Assembly: GCA_964570635.1 (NCBI GenBank) | Contig: CAZMZA010000002.1 | Coordinates: forward strand, 1 to 33,079 | Origin: an uncultured Dehalococcoidales bacterium | GTDB lineage: Bacteria > Chloroflexota > Dehalococcoidia > Dehalococcoidales > CAYYQY01 | Direction: 5' to 3' | Length of the DNA stretch: 33,079 nt | Shown here: in pieces, positions 33,072-33,079 of the stretch | Numbering within the stretch: the stretch's first letter is position 1 | Layout: each line of letters begins with the position of its first letter | Made by a program: the position numbers and the translations under genes | Notes under the pieces: generated by a model | What the model saw: only the letters and a program-made list of their open reading frames with translations | Told to the model about the DNA's origin: nothing | Database searches by the model: none

Positions 33072-33079
33072 TCTTCACC

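Noticed and set aside
1-33079. A scan of the whole window for CRISPR arrays, IS elements, transposases, integrases, rRNA and tRNA genes, and long direct repeats.
   Set aside because: None were seen. The only repeats are short inverted repeats at gene ends, the TTTTGTCAAG x2 tandem repeat, and protein-level paralogy.

Overview
Summary: this 33-kb bacterial window has dense, strongly SD-led coding and no rRNA, tRNA, CRISPR or mobile-element genes. The gene content suggests an anaerobe, possibly Chloroflexota-like, but that is a low-confidence guess.

Gene order, left to right:
- acs N-terminus (runs off the left edge)
- a 50-aa membrane-protein ORF missing from the ORF track
- a 447-bp structured non-coding spacer
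- a small Lrp/AsnC-like protein
- a NarL-type two-component system
- an FdnH/FdnI-like Fe-S plus cytochrome b pair with no catalytic subunit, preceded by a paralogue of the small membrane protein
- a stand-alone cNMP-binding protein
- a large redox island, 7.2-27.7 kb
- a beta-lactamase-family lipoprotein
- an SdhB/SdhA-like pair

The redox island holds five VAO/GlcD-type FAD-linked oxidoreductases, two HdrD/GlcF-like CCG Fe-S proteins, two CrtI-like flavoproteins, an acyl-CoA dehydrogenase and a tungsten-type aldehyde:ferredoxin oxidoreductase. They form two inverted paralogous modules in the order short flavoprotein, Fe-S subunit, long flavoprotein, plus a partial third module. The modules converge on a block of small housekeeping genes: XRE/DUF2178-like, RDD, a Cys-poor HesB-like protein, an RRM protein, rpsU and a zinc-ribbon protein.

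Main candidate for an undescribed system: this duplicated flavoprotein/CCG-Fe-S module family, with its aldehyde- and acyl-CoA-handling neighbours and a possible membrane electron exit.

Secondary leads:
- the pair of small membrane-protein paralogues
- a promoter, ~280-nt leader and intrinsic terminator upstream of module B
- many perfect hairpins placed just after stop codons
- eight promoters fitting TTGACA-N17-TAnnnT

All product calls come from reading motifs by eye. No database search was run.
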